A stretch of DNA of 64,000 nucleotides, taken from the IMG/VR virus record IMGVR_UViG_3300042204_000022, one strand, 5' to 3'. This DNA is from a virus. Lineage: Duplodnaviria; Heunggongvirae; Uroviricota; Caudoviricetes. Both the position numbers and the translations under genes were made by a program. The notes under the pieces were generated by a model. The model was not told where the DNA came from, searched no databases, and worked only from the letters and a program-made list of their open reading frames with translations. Shown one piece after another: positions 55,805-64,000 of the stretch. Within the stretch, counting starts at the first letter, position 1. Each line of letters opens with the position of its first letter.

Positions 55805-55880
55805 TGGTACCGCCGGAAGGATTTGAACCCTCACCGCCGACGTTAGAACCGTCGTGTGCTATCCATTACACTACAGCGGT
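55805..55880 (-). tRNA. tRNA-Arg(TCT)
   Basis: anticodon stem CGACG/CGTCG loop GTTCTAA, T-loop GGTTCAAATCC. Confidence 0.65.
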
Positions 55881-56216
55881 ATATCTTTGATAGGTTCTCT
55901 CTGCATGACAGTTCGCACAGACAACCTCACATTTCGCAATCTCATCAAGTATTCTTTTTTCTGAGTACCCCTTCTTGTGAGCTTTGCCTAGATCGAATAG
56001 CTTATCTTCATCACTCACGTGGTCATATTGCATGACATAAGGAGGGTACTGTATACCACAGTCTACACAAGGTTTCTGCTTATACGACCTGATTAGGTCA
56101 AGCAGTTTCTTCTTACGTGCGTCTGCCCTATCGATGTAATATTGCTTGTTGTTTTTGTAATGTTCACGAATATACTTTGCCATATATTCTTTTCTATTTT
56201 TGTGTTCTAAGGTCAT
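55866..56216 (-). CDS. HNH endonuclease inserted in tRNA array
   Basis: CVDCG...YDHVSDE...CANCH; 3' end overlaps 5' end of tRNA-Arg(TCT) by ~13 nt. Confidence 0.65.
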   Translation of the reverse strand: MTLEHKNRKEYMAKYIREHYKNNKQYYIDRADARKKKLLDLIRSYKQKPCVDCGIQYPPYVMQYDHVSDEDKLFDLGKAHKKGYSEKRILDEIAKCEVVCANCHAERTYQRYTAVV

Positions 56217-56245
56217 AATATAATTATAACACTTATGCTTTTGGT

Positions 56246-56323
56246 CGTGCTTCAGGGATTCGAACCCTGACCGTCTGGTTGGAAGCCAGAAATGCTAATC
56301 CATTGAACACCAAAGCACGGTCT
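56246..56323 (-). tRNA. tRNA-Gly(TCC)
   Basis: anticodon loop CTTCCAA, perfect acceptor CGTGCTT/AAGCACG. Confidence 0.6.
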
Positions 56324-56327
56324 TGGA

Positions 56328-56403
56328 GCCGCCTTCCGGAATCGAACCGGAAACCTGATGCTTACAAAGCAACTGCTCTACCAATTGAGCTAAGGCGGCG
56401 TAT
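56328..56403 (-). tRNA. tRNA-Thr(TGT)
   Basis: anticodon loop TTTGTAA, D arm GCTCAATTGGTAGAGC. Confidence 0.6.
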
Positions 56404-56406
56404 GGT

Positions 56407-56481
56407 TGGCGATGGAGGTGCTGCCCCTCCGACCTCTTGAGTATCAGACAAGTGCTCTACTGCTGAGCTAATCGCCAAAAT
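56407..56481 (-). tRNA. tRNA-Ile(GAT) with non-canonical T-loop GGCAGCA
   Basis: perfect acceptor TGGCGAT/ATCGCCA, anticodon loop CTGATAC; T-loop identical to that of 46578-46654. Confidence 0.45.
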
Positions 56482-56492
56482 GTTAATGTGGT

Positions 56493-56568
56493 GGGCTCGG
56501 TCGGAGTCGAACCGACGATCGTTCGCTTAAAAGGCGAGTGCTTGACCAAACTAGCTTCGAGCCCTTAA
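56493..56568 (-). tRNA. tRNA-Lys(TTT)
   Basis: anticodon loop CTTTTAA, T-loop GGTTCGACTCC. Confidence 0.55.
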
Positions 56569-56719
56569 GAATGAAAAAAGGGCTTTTTGCCCCTTACTAT
56601 AATCTACTTGAATGTGAAAATAATAAGGGTTTACTGTTTGGCTTTGCCTCCGCGAATGACCATAGCGAAAGAAGCCGTTGTCACGGTTGCCTTTGTTGTA
56701 GCTATAATTCTTTCAGCCA

Positions 56720-56755
56720 TATCTCTATTATAGCACAGAGAATAATAAACGCAAG
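56720..56755 (-). promoter_or_regulatory. sigma70-like promoter with extended -10 (TTGCGT-N17-TGTGCTATAAT) feeding minus-strand tRNA array 2
   Basis: near-identical to 47480-47514; followed 7 nt later by a tiny leaderless ORF. Confidence 0.55.
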
Positions 56756-56790
56756 CGATTTCACAAAGATTTTTATTTTCAGGTAATATT

Positions 56791-56826
56791 GTTGACAAAC
56801 ATAAGCGTTTTGTGTAGTATAGTGAT
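56791..56826 (+). promoter_or_regulatory. sigma70-like promoter (TTGACA-N17-TAGTAT)
   Basis: TTGACAAACATAAGCGTTTTGTGTAGTAT upstream of 56851. Confidence 0.55.
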
Positions 56827-56850
56827 ATAAACCATCAATAGGGCAAAAAC

Positions 56851-57105
56851 ATGAGTTTATTCAAAAAATATCGAGCGTTCATAGAATCAATCAAGCCATA
56901 CGGTCTCTACACCGAAATATCAAAGAAGCACTTGAAGATCATGAAAGATGGCAAGATGGTTACGAGCGTGTCACTCACCCCTAGAGAAACTGAAGTCGCT
57001 ATCGATCATACCCTTCGACACTTGATAAAAGATGGTCACTTACCTAAAATAAACAGAAGTCACTACGAGCACGAACTAAAGCAGCTAGCACGGAATAAAT
57101 CATGA
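56851..57105 (+). CDS. hypothetical protein
   Basis: ORF. Confidence 0.4.
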   Translation: MSLFKKYRAFIESIKPYGLYTEISKKHLKIMKDGKMVTSVSLTPRETEVAIDHTLRHLIKDGHLPKINRSHYEHELKQLARNKS

Positions 57106-57305
57106 ATATAGTATTTGATAAATCACTCGGTAGAAAATTGCTAGTAGCTATCTTTAAGAGGCAATCTTCTAGGTGTCAGTACTGCGACAAGAAGGTCACC
57201 GAGAAGAACTTGGGAATGGTCGTGCAAACTGAAGATGGTATGCGTGCTAGGTGTAACAGCGTCTTGTGCTTGATTCAATATATTAACGAAAAGGACAGTA
57301 AGTAG
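57102..57305 (+). CDS. hypothetical Cys-containing protein
   Basis: ORF. Confidence 0.35.
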   Translation: MNIVFDKSLGRKLLVAIFKRQSSRCQYCDKKVTEKNLGMVVQTEDGMRARCNSVLCLIQYINEKDSK

Positions 57306-57553
57306 TGTTATACGAGAAAGTTTTTAACAGAATCTTTCGCAGGTGGAGGTGCGACCACGACCCAGTTGAGTATGACAAAGAGGTGTATAAGACATCAGAC
57401 AGTGGCGGTAGTTTTTACTACTATTACGACTACCATACCGTGTATACGCACACAACTACGTTTTATAAATGTTCTTTTTGCGGGTATAAGACTAAAGAGA
57501 CGAAGACGACAGGCGAAAGGATTGAACATAGCAGGAGTACATACTGGAGATGA
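57305..57553 (+). CDS. zinc-ribbon protein
   Basis: CDHD...CSFCG. Confidence 0.35.
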   Translation: MLYEKVFNRIFRRWRCDHDPVEYDKEVYKTSDSGGSFYYYYDYHTVYTHTTTFYKCSFCGYKTKETKTTGERIEHSRSTYWR

Positions 57554-57963
57554 GAACCCTAGAAAAGAGGTTTGGCGATAAGGTGATACGCATACAGGTT
57601 GACTCTGACGACCCAGATGTTGTTGCTTACGCACAGAATCAGCTAGACACTTACGAAGAACGTGAAGAGCAGAAAAGACTTAACACTATTCGTCGTGGTC
57701 GTATTGAGTTATTACTTATTGAGCTAAAGGCTATTGACCAGAAGATATTGAACGCCGCAAAACACTACGCACCGTTTGGGTATCAGCCATTTGTTGATAG
57801 CTACTCTGCTTTGATTACCGCTACGCTGCTTCAGGGGGGTGTTGTGCTTGGTCTAATCAACCAGAAAGAACTGTCGCTCATTCACGAACTCAGACGCTCT
57901 GTTCCTATTGATTTATATGAAGAGAAGAAGCGTATTGAACAAGAATTGGAACTTTTGAGATGA
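57550..57963 (+). CDS. hypothetical protein
   Basis: ORF. Confidence 0.4.
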   Translation: MRTLEKRFGDKVIRIQVDSDDPDVVAYAQNQLDTYEEREEQKRLNTIRRGRIELLLIELKAIDQKILNAAKHYAPFGYQPFVDSYSALITATLLQGGVVLGLINQKELSLIHELRRSVPIDLYEEKKRIEQELELLR

Positions 57964-58126
57964 GTGAAATCAGCAATGCTGAATACGAAGCGGCACTAGA
58001 GAGACTTGCAGAGATCGAGTCTGAGGCCGATGGTCTGTATGACCGTCTTGATGAGTTACAGAATGAGCGACAGGAACTCGATGATGTGGTGTATCTTTAC
58101 GAAAGAGAGCAGGAGGCTTTAGACGA

Positions 58127-58549
58127 ATGAAAGTATTATTTCTTGACATCGATGGCGTGGTAAACAAGCAAGAGAACTTCGATCGCAGTAAAAACCCCGG
58201 ACCATACCCGCTTGACAGCTACTGTGCGTTCTTAGTGGGTCGCATACAGCTTCAGACGGGTTGTGAGGTCGTTCTAAGCTCAAGTTGGAGACATCACCCA
58301 GAAGGTGTGCAGAACGTCTCTGAGAGGGTCGTGCCGCTCTTAGACAAGACACCTTATTTACCGGGAGTTCGTGGTGATGAAATCAAAGCATGGCTAGACA
58401 AGCACCCCGAAGTAGAAGGATATGCAATTCTCGATGACGATAGCGACATGCTTGACGAACAGAAGCCTCATTTCTTTAAGACCAGTTTCAAAAAAGGTCT
58501 GACTGATGAGATAGCCGAGAAAGTGATTGAGCATCTTGGGCGTATTTAA
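58127..58549 (+). CDS. small HAD-superfamily phosphatase-like protein (RNA-repair-associated HAD type)
   Basis: LFLDIDGVVN ... SSW ... ILDDDSD. Confidence 0.5.
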   Translation: MKVLFLDIDGVVNKQENFDRSKNPGPYPLDSYCAFLVGRIQLQTGCEVVLSSSWRHHPEGVQNVSERVVPLLDKTPYLPGVRGDEIKAWLDKHPEVEGYAILDDDSDMLDEQKPHFFKTSFKKGLTDEIAEKVIEHLGRI

Positions 58550-58808
58550 TAAGAGGTGGAGCCAACTGTGGTGTCTACACTTCTGGTGTAAGGGTGTTGC
58601 TATTTCTGCCGAGTACGGCAAGGGCTATCTATACAGGTATCATTGTACCGAATGCGATAAGGTCATTCATCGTTGGTCGGCTTACGGAGAACCTATTAGC
58701 GGTATCGTCAGAACAAGGTGGGAAGAATATAAAAAGAAGGACCCAAGATATAACTTAAGTCCTCCGATTATACCTTTGAATAAAGATATATCTGATTATC
58801 TAGATTAG
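58527..58808 (+). CDS. hypothetical protein
   Basis: ORF; start uncertain. Confidence 0.3.
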   Translation: MSILGVFNKRWSQLWCLHFWCKGVAISAEYGKGYLYRYHCTECDKVIHRWSAYGEPISGIVRTRWEEYKKKDPRYNLSPPIIPLNKDISDYLD

Positions 58809-58830
58809 TGTCGCCGGATAAGTTTTTATT

Positions 58831-59292
58831 TTATCCTATTGATAGGGTGTAGTTTGTTTTGTATTGATCGCCAGTGGTGCCTGACATTCTCACATTATCA
58901 CCAACCCAATATTTTTCCCAGTATGGGTTTAGACGACGGGGTACTTCTACGACCCTTGTGAACGGTACGATCTGCGTAACGTTAGGGCGAGCAAGCAGGT
59001 CTTTGACCATCTCCTGAAGAGTGTTTACCATCTCTTTAAGAGCCTCTACTTCGTCTGATTGTTTGACATCCTCTTTGAAGAGAATGTCTCTTGCTTCTTC
59101 TGGCTTAATAACGCCAGTCTCAACAAGTTGTGCTACCGAACTTGCTGTTGGTAGTTCTTTTAGTTTCCAAGTCAATTTCTTTTCTAATTCTGGTGCTTGA
59201 CCAGTTCCCTTTGGGGGTAGTGTTTCTTTCTTCATCTTCTTCATCTCCGATTGACCCGGCAACACTACTTTTATTATATCAAAAAGCCCCAA
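58831..59292 (-). CDS. hypothetical protein
   Basis: ORF. Confidence 0.45.
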   Translation of the reverse strand: MGLFDIIKVVLPGQSEMKKMKKETLPPKGTGQAPELEKKLTWKLKELPTASSVAQLVETGVIKPEEARDILFKEDVKQSDEVEALKEMVNTLQEMVKDLLARPNVTQIVPFTRVVEVPRRLNPYWEKYWVGDNVRMSGTTGDQYKTNYTLSIG

Positions 59293-59329
59293 CTGTGGAG
59301 GAGGGGCTTTGCTGTATATTAGCAGTATT

Positions 59330-59569
59330 TTATACTGTCGTCAACGCTGCGAGAAGTGATGGTCTGTCGAAACCACGAATAACTTTGCCGTTAATGACCG
59401 TTACAGGGACTGAAGTGCCGACGTTTAGTGCTTCAAGCTCTGCAAGTGCTTCATCATCTGAGTCGATCATCTTTGAGACATATTTATGCCCAAGCGAATC
59501 AAGCCACTGCTTTTCAGTCTTGCAGAATGCACACCACTCAGTCGAGTAGATTGTTATCACTACTGGCAA
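59330..59569 (-). CDS. nrdH: glutaredoxin-like NrdH-redoxin
   Basis: IYSTEWCAFCK CxxC thioredoxin-fold motif, 79 aa. Confidence 0.6.
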   Translation of the reverse strand: MPVVITIYSTEWCAFCKTEKQWLDSLGHKYVSKMIDSDDEALAELEALNVGTSVPVTVINGKVIRGFDRPSLLAALTTV

Positions 59570-59845
59570 CCTTCACACATAGTAAGGTCTGCTGGGTCAA
59601 CTGGAGCGTCAGCCTGACGACCGTTCTTCTTGTTAAAATCAACCTTCGCCGCTTCCATGGCTGCATCGATTGCCTTGAGTTTATCTTCGAGTGACATTTC
59701 GTCAGTAATAATTGCGTTTGCGTTCATGAAACCCTCCTTTTGGGCGAAAAATAATAACGTCCAGAGAGGAAGTTATATTCAATTTAATTGTGTCTGTCTT
59801 CTAATTATAGCACTTTGAGACTATGACATATTGTAGAGAAATGAA

Positions 59846-59872
59846 AAGAGCCCGAAGGCTCTAATCACCACT
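59846..59872 (-). terminator. rho-independent terminator
   Basis: minus-strand AGAGCCTTCGGGCTCTTTTCATTT. Confidence 0.5.
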
Positions 59873-59877
59873 AATGA

Positions 59878-60117
59878 CTACTTTTTTTTAGTGTCAACAA
59901 CCAATGAGGCTGTGTCTGTACCAGAGGTGGCAGCAGAACCAACACTGGTCAAAACTGATAGAACACCAGCACCGACAGCTACGCCGATTGCCTGAGCCCA
60001 GTCAACAGTAAGAATGTTAAACACTGCGTCGCTTGTAAGCCACAATGTAACAAGTGTCTGTGCCATAGTCTTGATAGCACGCTCTACTGCGTCTTTCCAG
60101 AATAGTTTTGTAAACAT
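59878..60117 (-). CDS. holin
   Basis: 79 aa, two TM helices, charged C-terminus KKK; immediately upstream of endolysin. Confidence 0.55.
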   Translation of the reverse strand: MFTKLFWKDAVERAIKTMAQTLVTLWLTSDAVFNILTVDWAQAIGVAVGAGVLSVLTSVGSAATSGTDTASLVVDTKKK

Positions 60118-61526
60118 TATTTGTCTCCCTTTAATTTGTTAATAAACTCACTGATTAGCTTCACAATCATTTCTAAGAATGCTGTTACCACGTTCTTGTC
60201 GATAGTCTCGATAGGTGGCTGTTCAGGAGCTGGAGCTGTAGGTTCTTCGGTAACAGGCTTCAGGTCGAGGTCGTCGAGGCGAATACCACGTCCTTCTTTC
60301 TTTTCTGTGCTGTACTGCGTAATCGCGTATTTGTGACCGAACCACTCAGTCATAGAGGCGACACGAATCTTCTCGCCACGAGGGATAACCTTAACAGTTG
60401 AACCATCTTCTAGGTTAACGAGGTCTGTGTCTGCACGAGTGTACATATCAACGTCTTCGATGTCGTACCACTTTTCTAGCCATTCTGGTTTTTCGTTGCC
60501 AGGAGTTTCAGGTACACCAACGTCTGCACGCTTGATGCCGTTTGCTACAGCGTGTTCTGCTGACCAGCTAGAGATGAGATACTCAACACCACCGACTGTC
60601 GTGGTCTTTACGAAGTCAACCCACGTACCGCCACCGAGTTGCTTAACGATAGAACCGTCAAGAAGGTTTACGATTGGGGTCTGTGTTGTAAGAACCTGAA
60701 GCTTAACAGGGGCAATATCTTTAAGGTTACGCTCCCATTCAGGCTTGGTTGGCACTGGTGCTGGGGCTACATAAATATCAAGGTCAGCTTGGTTGAAGCC
60801 ATTTGTAATTTTCTGCGTATAACTGTATTCAGTTAGTAGATAGGTAGAGCCGACAGACTTGTTAGTAACTTTACCGTAAATATCTACACGGTCGCCCTTA
60901 GCGAAAGTCTTAACTGAAATCATTCCTGCATGAGTAGTGGCGTTGAAGTTCCATAGATTTGTCTGCTTATTGAAGACATAAGTAACAGGTTTTGCAAGTT
61001 TCTCCCACACAAGGTCTGCTTTTGTTACTGGTGGTGGAGTAGGAGTGTTTGAAGAGTTGATAATCTGGGTAGCACGGTTCCAGATTTCTTCTACAGGAAG
61101 GTCGGCAGAGCAGAGCGTGTAAACTGAAGAAACATCACGGTGACGGTAGTAGTGGTTTACTATGCCACGATCACGAAGCCACGCCACAAGCTGTGCGGCG
61201 TTCTGAATAACAGTCTCGTTACGATAACCATTACGCCAGTCGCCATGATGTTCTACTGTAATAGAACGACGGTTTGAGGCGAGATTGCCGTCAGCCCAAG
61301 AGGTGTTTGCTTCAGATACTGCTTGATAAACAACTCCCGGAGTTGCAGTCACGATGTATGTAGCACTCGCTTGACGACTAGGGTTCTGAAATACCGCAGC
61401 AGCAGAGTCCGCCGACCCTACTACGTGGTGAAATGTGTGCTGACCATTACGACCACCGACACGACCAACTGTGTAGTTGTTTGGGTGGGCTGGTTTTTGA
61501 ATAATTGTTGGTGCTGCTACTGCCAT
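60117..61526 (-). CDS. endolysin: N-acetylmuramoyl-L-alanine amidase (Amidase_2/PGRP) with C-terminal duplicated binding domains
   Basis: HHVVG...ATYIV...SWADG...SITVEHHG...HYYRHRD...CSADLP; two C-terminal ~70-aa repeats. Confidence 0.75.
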   Translation of the reverse strand: MAVAAPTIIQKPAHPNNYTVGRVGGRNGQHTFHHVVGSADSAAAVFQNPSRQASATYIVTATPGVVYQAVSEANTSWADGNLASNRRSITVEHHGDWRNGYRNETVIQNAAQLVAWLRDRGIVNHYYRHRDVSSVYTLCSADLPVEEIWNRATQIINSSNTPTPPPVTKADLVWEKLAKPVTYVFNKQTNLWNFNATTHAGMISVKTFAKGDRVDIYGKVTNKSVGSTYLLTEYSYTQKITNGFNQADLDIYVAPAPVPTKPEWERNLKDIAPVKLQVLTTQTPIVNLLDGSIVKQLGGGTWVDFVKTTTVGGVEYLISSWSAEHAVANGIKRADVGVPETPGNEKPEWLEKWYDIEDVDMYTRADTDLVNLEDGSTVKVIPRGEKIRVASMTEWFGHKYAITQYSTEKKEGRGIRLDDLDLKPVTEEPTAPAPEQPPIETIDKNVVTAFLEMIVKLISEFINKLKGDK

Positions 61527-61545
61527 GTTTATTTTCCTACTCTTT

Positions 61546-62202
61546 TTAGTTTCTTAGATCGATTGGGTTTGTACATTCTGCCCAAGTTGGTAGTTTGTAT
61601 AAGTCACGCCATTCTGTTTTTGCTTCTGTGGTGTACTTCCACGCTACGTATCTCGTAGCAAGTGAATTGGTCGTGCGAATCACACAGGCGATTTCTGGTG
61701 TCAAACCGTTTGTACCGTTTGAACCCGCTGCCCCTGTCGCACCAGTTGCCCCCGTGTCACCTTTATCACCTTTGTCTCCCTTGAGGCCGATAAGTGATGC
61801 AAGCCATTCACTTTGAGTTCCTGCGAACCCATTTGCTGTCGCTACCTGATATGCTGAAAGACCTCTTGGTCCAATCAACGATGTGAGCCAGTCTGACTCG
61901 CTACCGTTGTAGCCGTTTTGTGCTGCTACTTGATAAGCACTAAGACCGTTGCTGCCGGGCTGCCCTTTGAAGGTCGCAAGCCACTCGGTTTCTGAACCCT
62001 TGTACCCGTTTCTGACGGCGATTTCGTATGCTGATTCACCTGCTTTTCCGGGAGCGCCGGGTGTAACGATACTGACTGGTTGTTTTCCCTGCCTGCTGAG
62101 TTCGTTTACTGTCTCATAATTCCGAATCATGAGCAACGACATCACTACGAGGACTACTCCTATTGTTGCTGGGAAAATTATCTTTTTTAGCGTGTTGCGC
62201 AT
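61546..62202 (-). CDS. collagen-like repeat protein (fibre-like)
   Basis: GxY triplets GLKGDKGDKGDTGATGATGAAGSNGTNG; three SAYQVA..NGY.GSE.WL repeats; N-terminal TM. Confidence 0.55.
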   Translation of the reverse strand: MRNTLKKIIFPATIGVVLVVMSLLMIRNYETVNELSRQGKQPVSIVTPGAPGKAGESAYEIAVRNGYKGSETEWLATFKGQPGSNGLSAYQVAAQNGYNGSESDWLTSLIGPRGLSAYQVATANGFAGTQSEWLASLIGLKGDKGDKGDTGATGATGAAGSNGTNGLTPEIACVIRTTNSLATRYVAWKYTTEAKTEWRDLYKLPTWAECTNPIDLRN

Positions 62203-62207
62203 TTTGT

Positions 62208-62513
62208 TTATACCTTCGCGGAGTTAACCACTAGTTGCCAAATGATTAGTACAACGACAGGTATCAGGGTGCTTACGATCAACCAAACTACCTTGTTGTA
62301 GGTATTCAGGTTCTTACGTAGCTCGGTGATCTTGTTGTCCCTCTTTTCTAGTTCGAGGGCGAGTTCTGTTTTTGTGGGGAAGTTTGCTGACTGATCTTTT
62401 ATTAGCTGCTTAATCTCGTTTTGAGTTGTCACAATGCTATCGATCTTGTCGGCTAGGTCAGTTACCTGCCATACCTTTGCTGGCTTCTCAGATTCTTCAA
62501 TTGTTTTTGTCAT
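62208..62513 (-). CDS. membrane protein with coiled coil
   Basis: C-terminal TM. Confidence 0.4.
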   Translation of the reverse strand: MTKTIEESEKPAKVWQVTDLADKIDSIVTTQNEIKQLIKDQSANFPTKTELALELEKRDNKITELRKNLNTYNKVVWLIVSTLIPVVVLIIWQLVVNSAKV

Positions 62514-62521
62514 TTTTTGTT

Positions 62522-62899
62522 TTATATATAGTTAGATTTATCTACGGCTACTAACTCTACCGTGACTTCACCATATTTGCACTCATTCAAGAAGCTTACC
62601 TTGTGGTCTGCTGCATAATACTGTGCTGTTTTATGTGAACTCGTCTGGGTGTCCCAAAACGTAACAGAGAAATAATCTTGGTTAATCGCTGCTGAAAGTG
62701 ACTGTGCGTGTGAGAAGTCGAGCACGCTTGTTGTCACGCTAATGTTTGGATAGACACCTATCATTGTCGCAACAATTCGTCCACTCATGTTACGATTAGC
62801 GTTCTTCCACAACTTGTTATACGTTAAAGTATAGTCAGTTACCTGACTAGTTGTTAAAGATACGCCATTGATGGTGATGATAGGGTTAGTTACGGACAT
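62522..62899 (-). CDS. hypothetical protein
   Basis: ORF. Confidence 0.4.
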   Translation of the reverse strand: MSVTNPIITINGVSLTTSQVTDYTLTYNKLWKNANRNMSGRIVATMIGVYPNISVTTSVLDFSHAQSLSAAINQDYFSVTFWDTQTSSHKTAQYYAADHKVSFLNECKYGEVTVELVAVDKSNYI

Positions 62900-62951
62900 T
62901 TTTTGTTTTTATCTCTTGTTTTATTATAACATAAAACAGATACTCTTCCAG

Positions 62952-63803
62952 CTAGACGCGAGTGAGCTTGGCGTGGGCTTTTTCTATGTCGTCTGTAATC
63001 AAATGTTCGTATAATTGTGTGATAGAAACGTTTGCATGACCCATAAGACGTTGCGTGTGCGAAAGTGATACGCCTTTTCTGAGTAGTTCTGTTGCGAATG
63101 AGTGTCTTAGGGCGTGGGGATATGCGTTAGGATAACCCGCTAAAATCATAGCTTTCTTAACTACGTGGTACGCCTTCTTTCTGGTGAGTGGTTCTCCCTC
63201 TGGGTCTATAAAACAAAAACCGCCATTTTCGGCGGATAATTGCTCAAGTTCGTCATATAGGTCTCTGGTCAGGAAAATCGGTCTCATATTACCACCCTTG
63301 CTCTTGATATAGAGCGTCGTGTCCCCCATTAAGTCTCTCTCGTTGATTGATATTGCCTCGCTGATTCGCATTCCCGTTGTGTACATAAGCCTTATTAGGG
63401 TGTCAGCAGGGTATTCTGCACATCTAACTATTTGTTTTATCTGTGCTGGTCGTAACCACGTTCTCGATTTGTAGTGTGGTCTGCACTTGACTTGGGTTTC
63501 ATCTACGTCCACCTCGATACCCATTTGTCTGATGAAATTTATATAAGATCGGATTGAGTTGTAGTAGGTGTACAAGGTTGATCGGGAGATTGTTTCGAGC
63601 TTTATCTCGCCCCACCTGAGTACGCTTTTTGTTGTTATCTGCGAGAAACTTCTTATTCTCATGTCTCTGATGTACATCGAGGTGTTCAGAACCACTCGGT
63701 CTATTGTTTGCTGAGAGTACCCCATGGATTTCTTTCTCGCATAGTACTGCTCAAGCAGTTTCTTCGGTGTTTCGTTCACTATTGATCTCCTTCTACCCTC
63801 CAA
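62952..63803 (-). CDS. int: tyrosine recombinase / integrase (XerC/D family)
   Basis: C-terminal HALRHSFATELLRKGVSLSHTQRLMGHANVSITQLYEHL with catalytic Tyr. Confidence 0.8.
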   Translation of the reverse strand: MEGRRRSIVNETPKKLLEQYYARKKSMGYSQQTIDRVVLNTSMYIRDMRIRSFSQITTKSVLRWGEIKLETISRSTLYTYYNSIRSYINFIRQMGIEVDVDETQVKCRPHYKSRTWLRPAQIKQIVRCAEYPADTLIRLMYTTGMRISEAISINERDLMGDTTLYIKSKGGNMRPIFLTRDLYDELEQLSAENGGFCFIDPEGEPLTRKKAYHVVKKAMILAGYPNAYPHALRHSFATELLRKGVSLSHTQRLMGHANVSITQLYEHLITDDIEKAHAKLTRV

Positions 63804-64000
63804 AACGTTAATGATTTTCCCCGTCCGACTATTCTATACTAAAATATATACTTTGTCAAGGCCCAATCGTTCAACACTCTTGCAGATAATGTTATAACGC
63901 CAAGAAAACTCAATACTGGCGCGACTACAGCTTTTGTAGCCACACAGCAAAGCACCTCTACGGTCGGTTCTTTTGTTGACTTAGCAACTACAGGTCCATC

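Noticed and set aside
59281-59312. GCCCCAACTGTGGAGGAGGGGC hairpin between 58831-59292 and 59330-59569
   Set aside because: It has a long loop and a weak T-run (TTTTTGATATAAT on the minus strand is more likely the -10 of the next promoter), so it was not listed as a terminator.
1-64000. CRISPR arrays, rRNA genes, transposase/IS elements
   Set aside because: - No regularly spaced direct repeats with unique spacers.
- No rRNA-like conserved segments.
- No DDE or other transposase motifs recognised; the only mobile-type genes are HNH/Hint endonucleases and the integrase.

Overview
This 64-kb window reads as a large tailed-phage or prophage genome segment, densely coded, with sigma70-like promoters and rho-independent terminators. 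A tyrosine integrase sits at the right end next to a holin and an amidase-type endolysin, which suggests a Gram-positive host; that host assignment is inference.

Layout:
- 1-9.5 kb (+ strand): small acidic proteins of unknown function, probably early genes, with a conserved ~45-nt intergenic motif repeated five times.
- 9.8-12.8 kb (-): terminase large subunit, flanked by a free-standing Hint-domain/LAGLIDADG-like protein.
- 13.7-19.5 kb: at least five free-standing HNH endonucleases, plus a CHAP-domain protein and a holin-like protein.
- 20.5-28 kb (-): an RNA-repair cassette of CCA-adding enzyme, Pol-beta-type nucleotidyltransferase, PTH2 peptidyl-tRNA hydrolase, a Pnkp-like kinase/phosphatase and an Rnl2-motif RNA ligase with a C-terminal nucleotidyltransferase domain.
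- 28-35.9 kb (-): a sugar-modification island with four or five glycosyltransferases, an FkbM methyltransferase, a cytidylyltransferase and a metallophosphoesterase.
- 36.3-39.3 kb: replication module with a DnaB-type helicase and a RusA resolvase.
- 40.0-42.2 kb: a vWA/MIDAS protein followed by a 730-bp noncoding array of four tandem tRNA-like ncRNA modules. Each module is bracketed by a closing helix and carries a conserved CCAGCAACTAT motif; three carry circularly permuted tRNA-like domains. I interpret these as Y-RNA-like tRNA mimics paired with a Ro60-like protein; this is the most novel candidate in the window.
- Two minus-strand tRNA arrays (45.6-46.9 kb and 55.15-56.57 kb) plus tRNA-Tyr and tRNA-Glu at 47.8-48.0 kb, about 30 genes in total. 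Each array is fed by a TGTGCTATAAT promoter followed immediately by a tiny leaderless ORF. An HNH endonuclease is inserted in the second array. Several tRNAs have non-canonical T-loops and one is chimeric.
- Also present: a HIRAN-PD-(D/E)xK nuclease with a DEDDh exonuclease, an SSB-like protein with an acidic DxxEIPF tail, and a LemA/SPFH membrane set.

All functional calls come from motif recognition by eye. No database searches were run.
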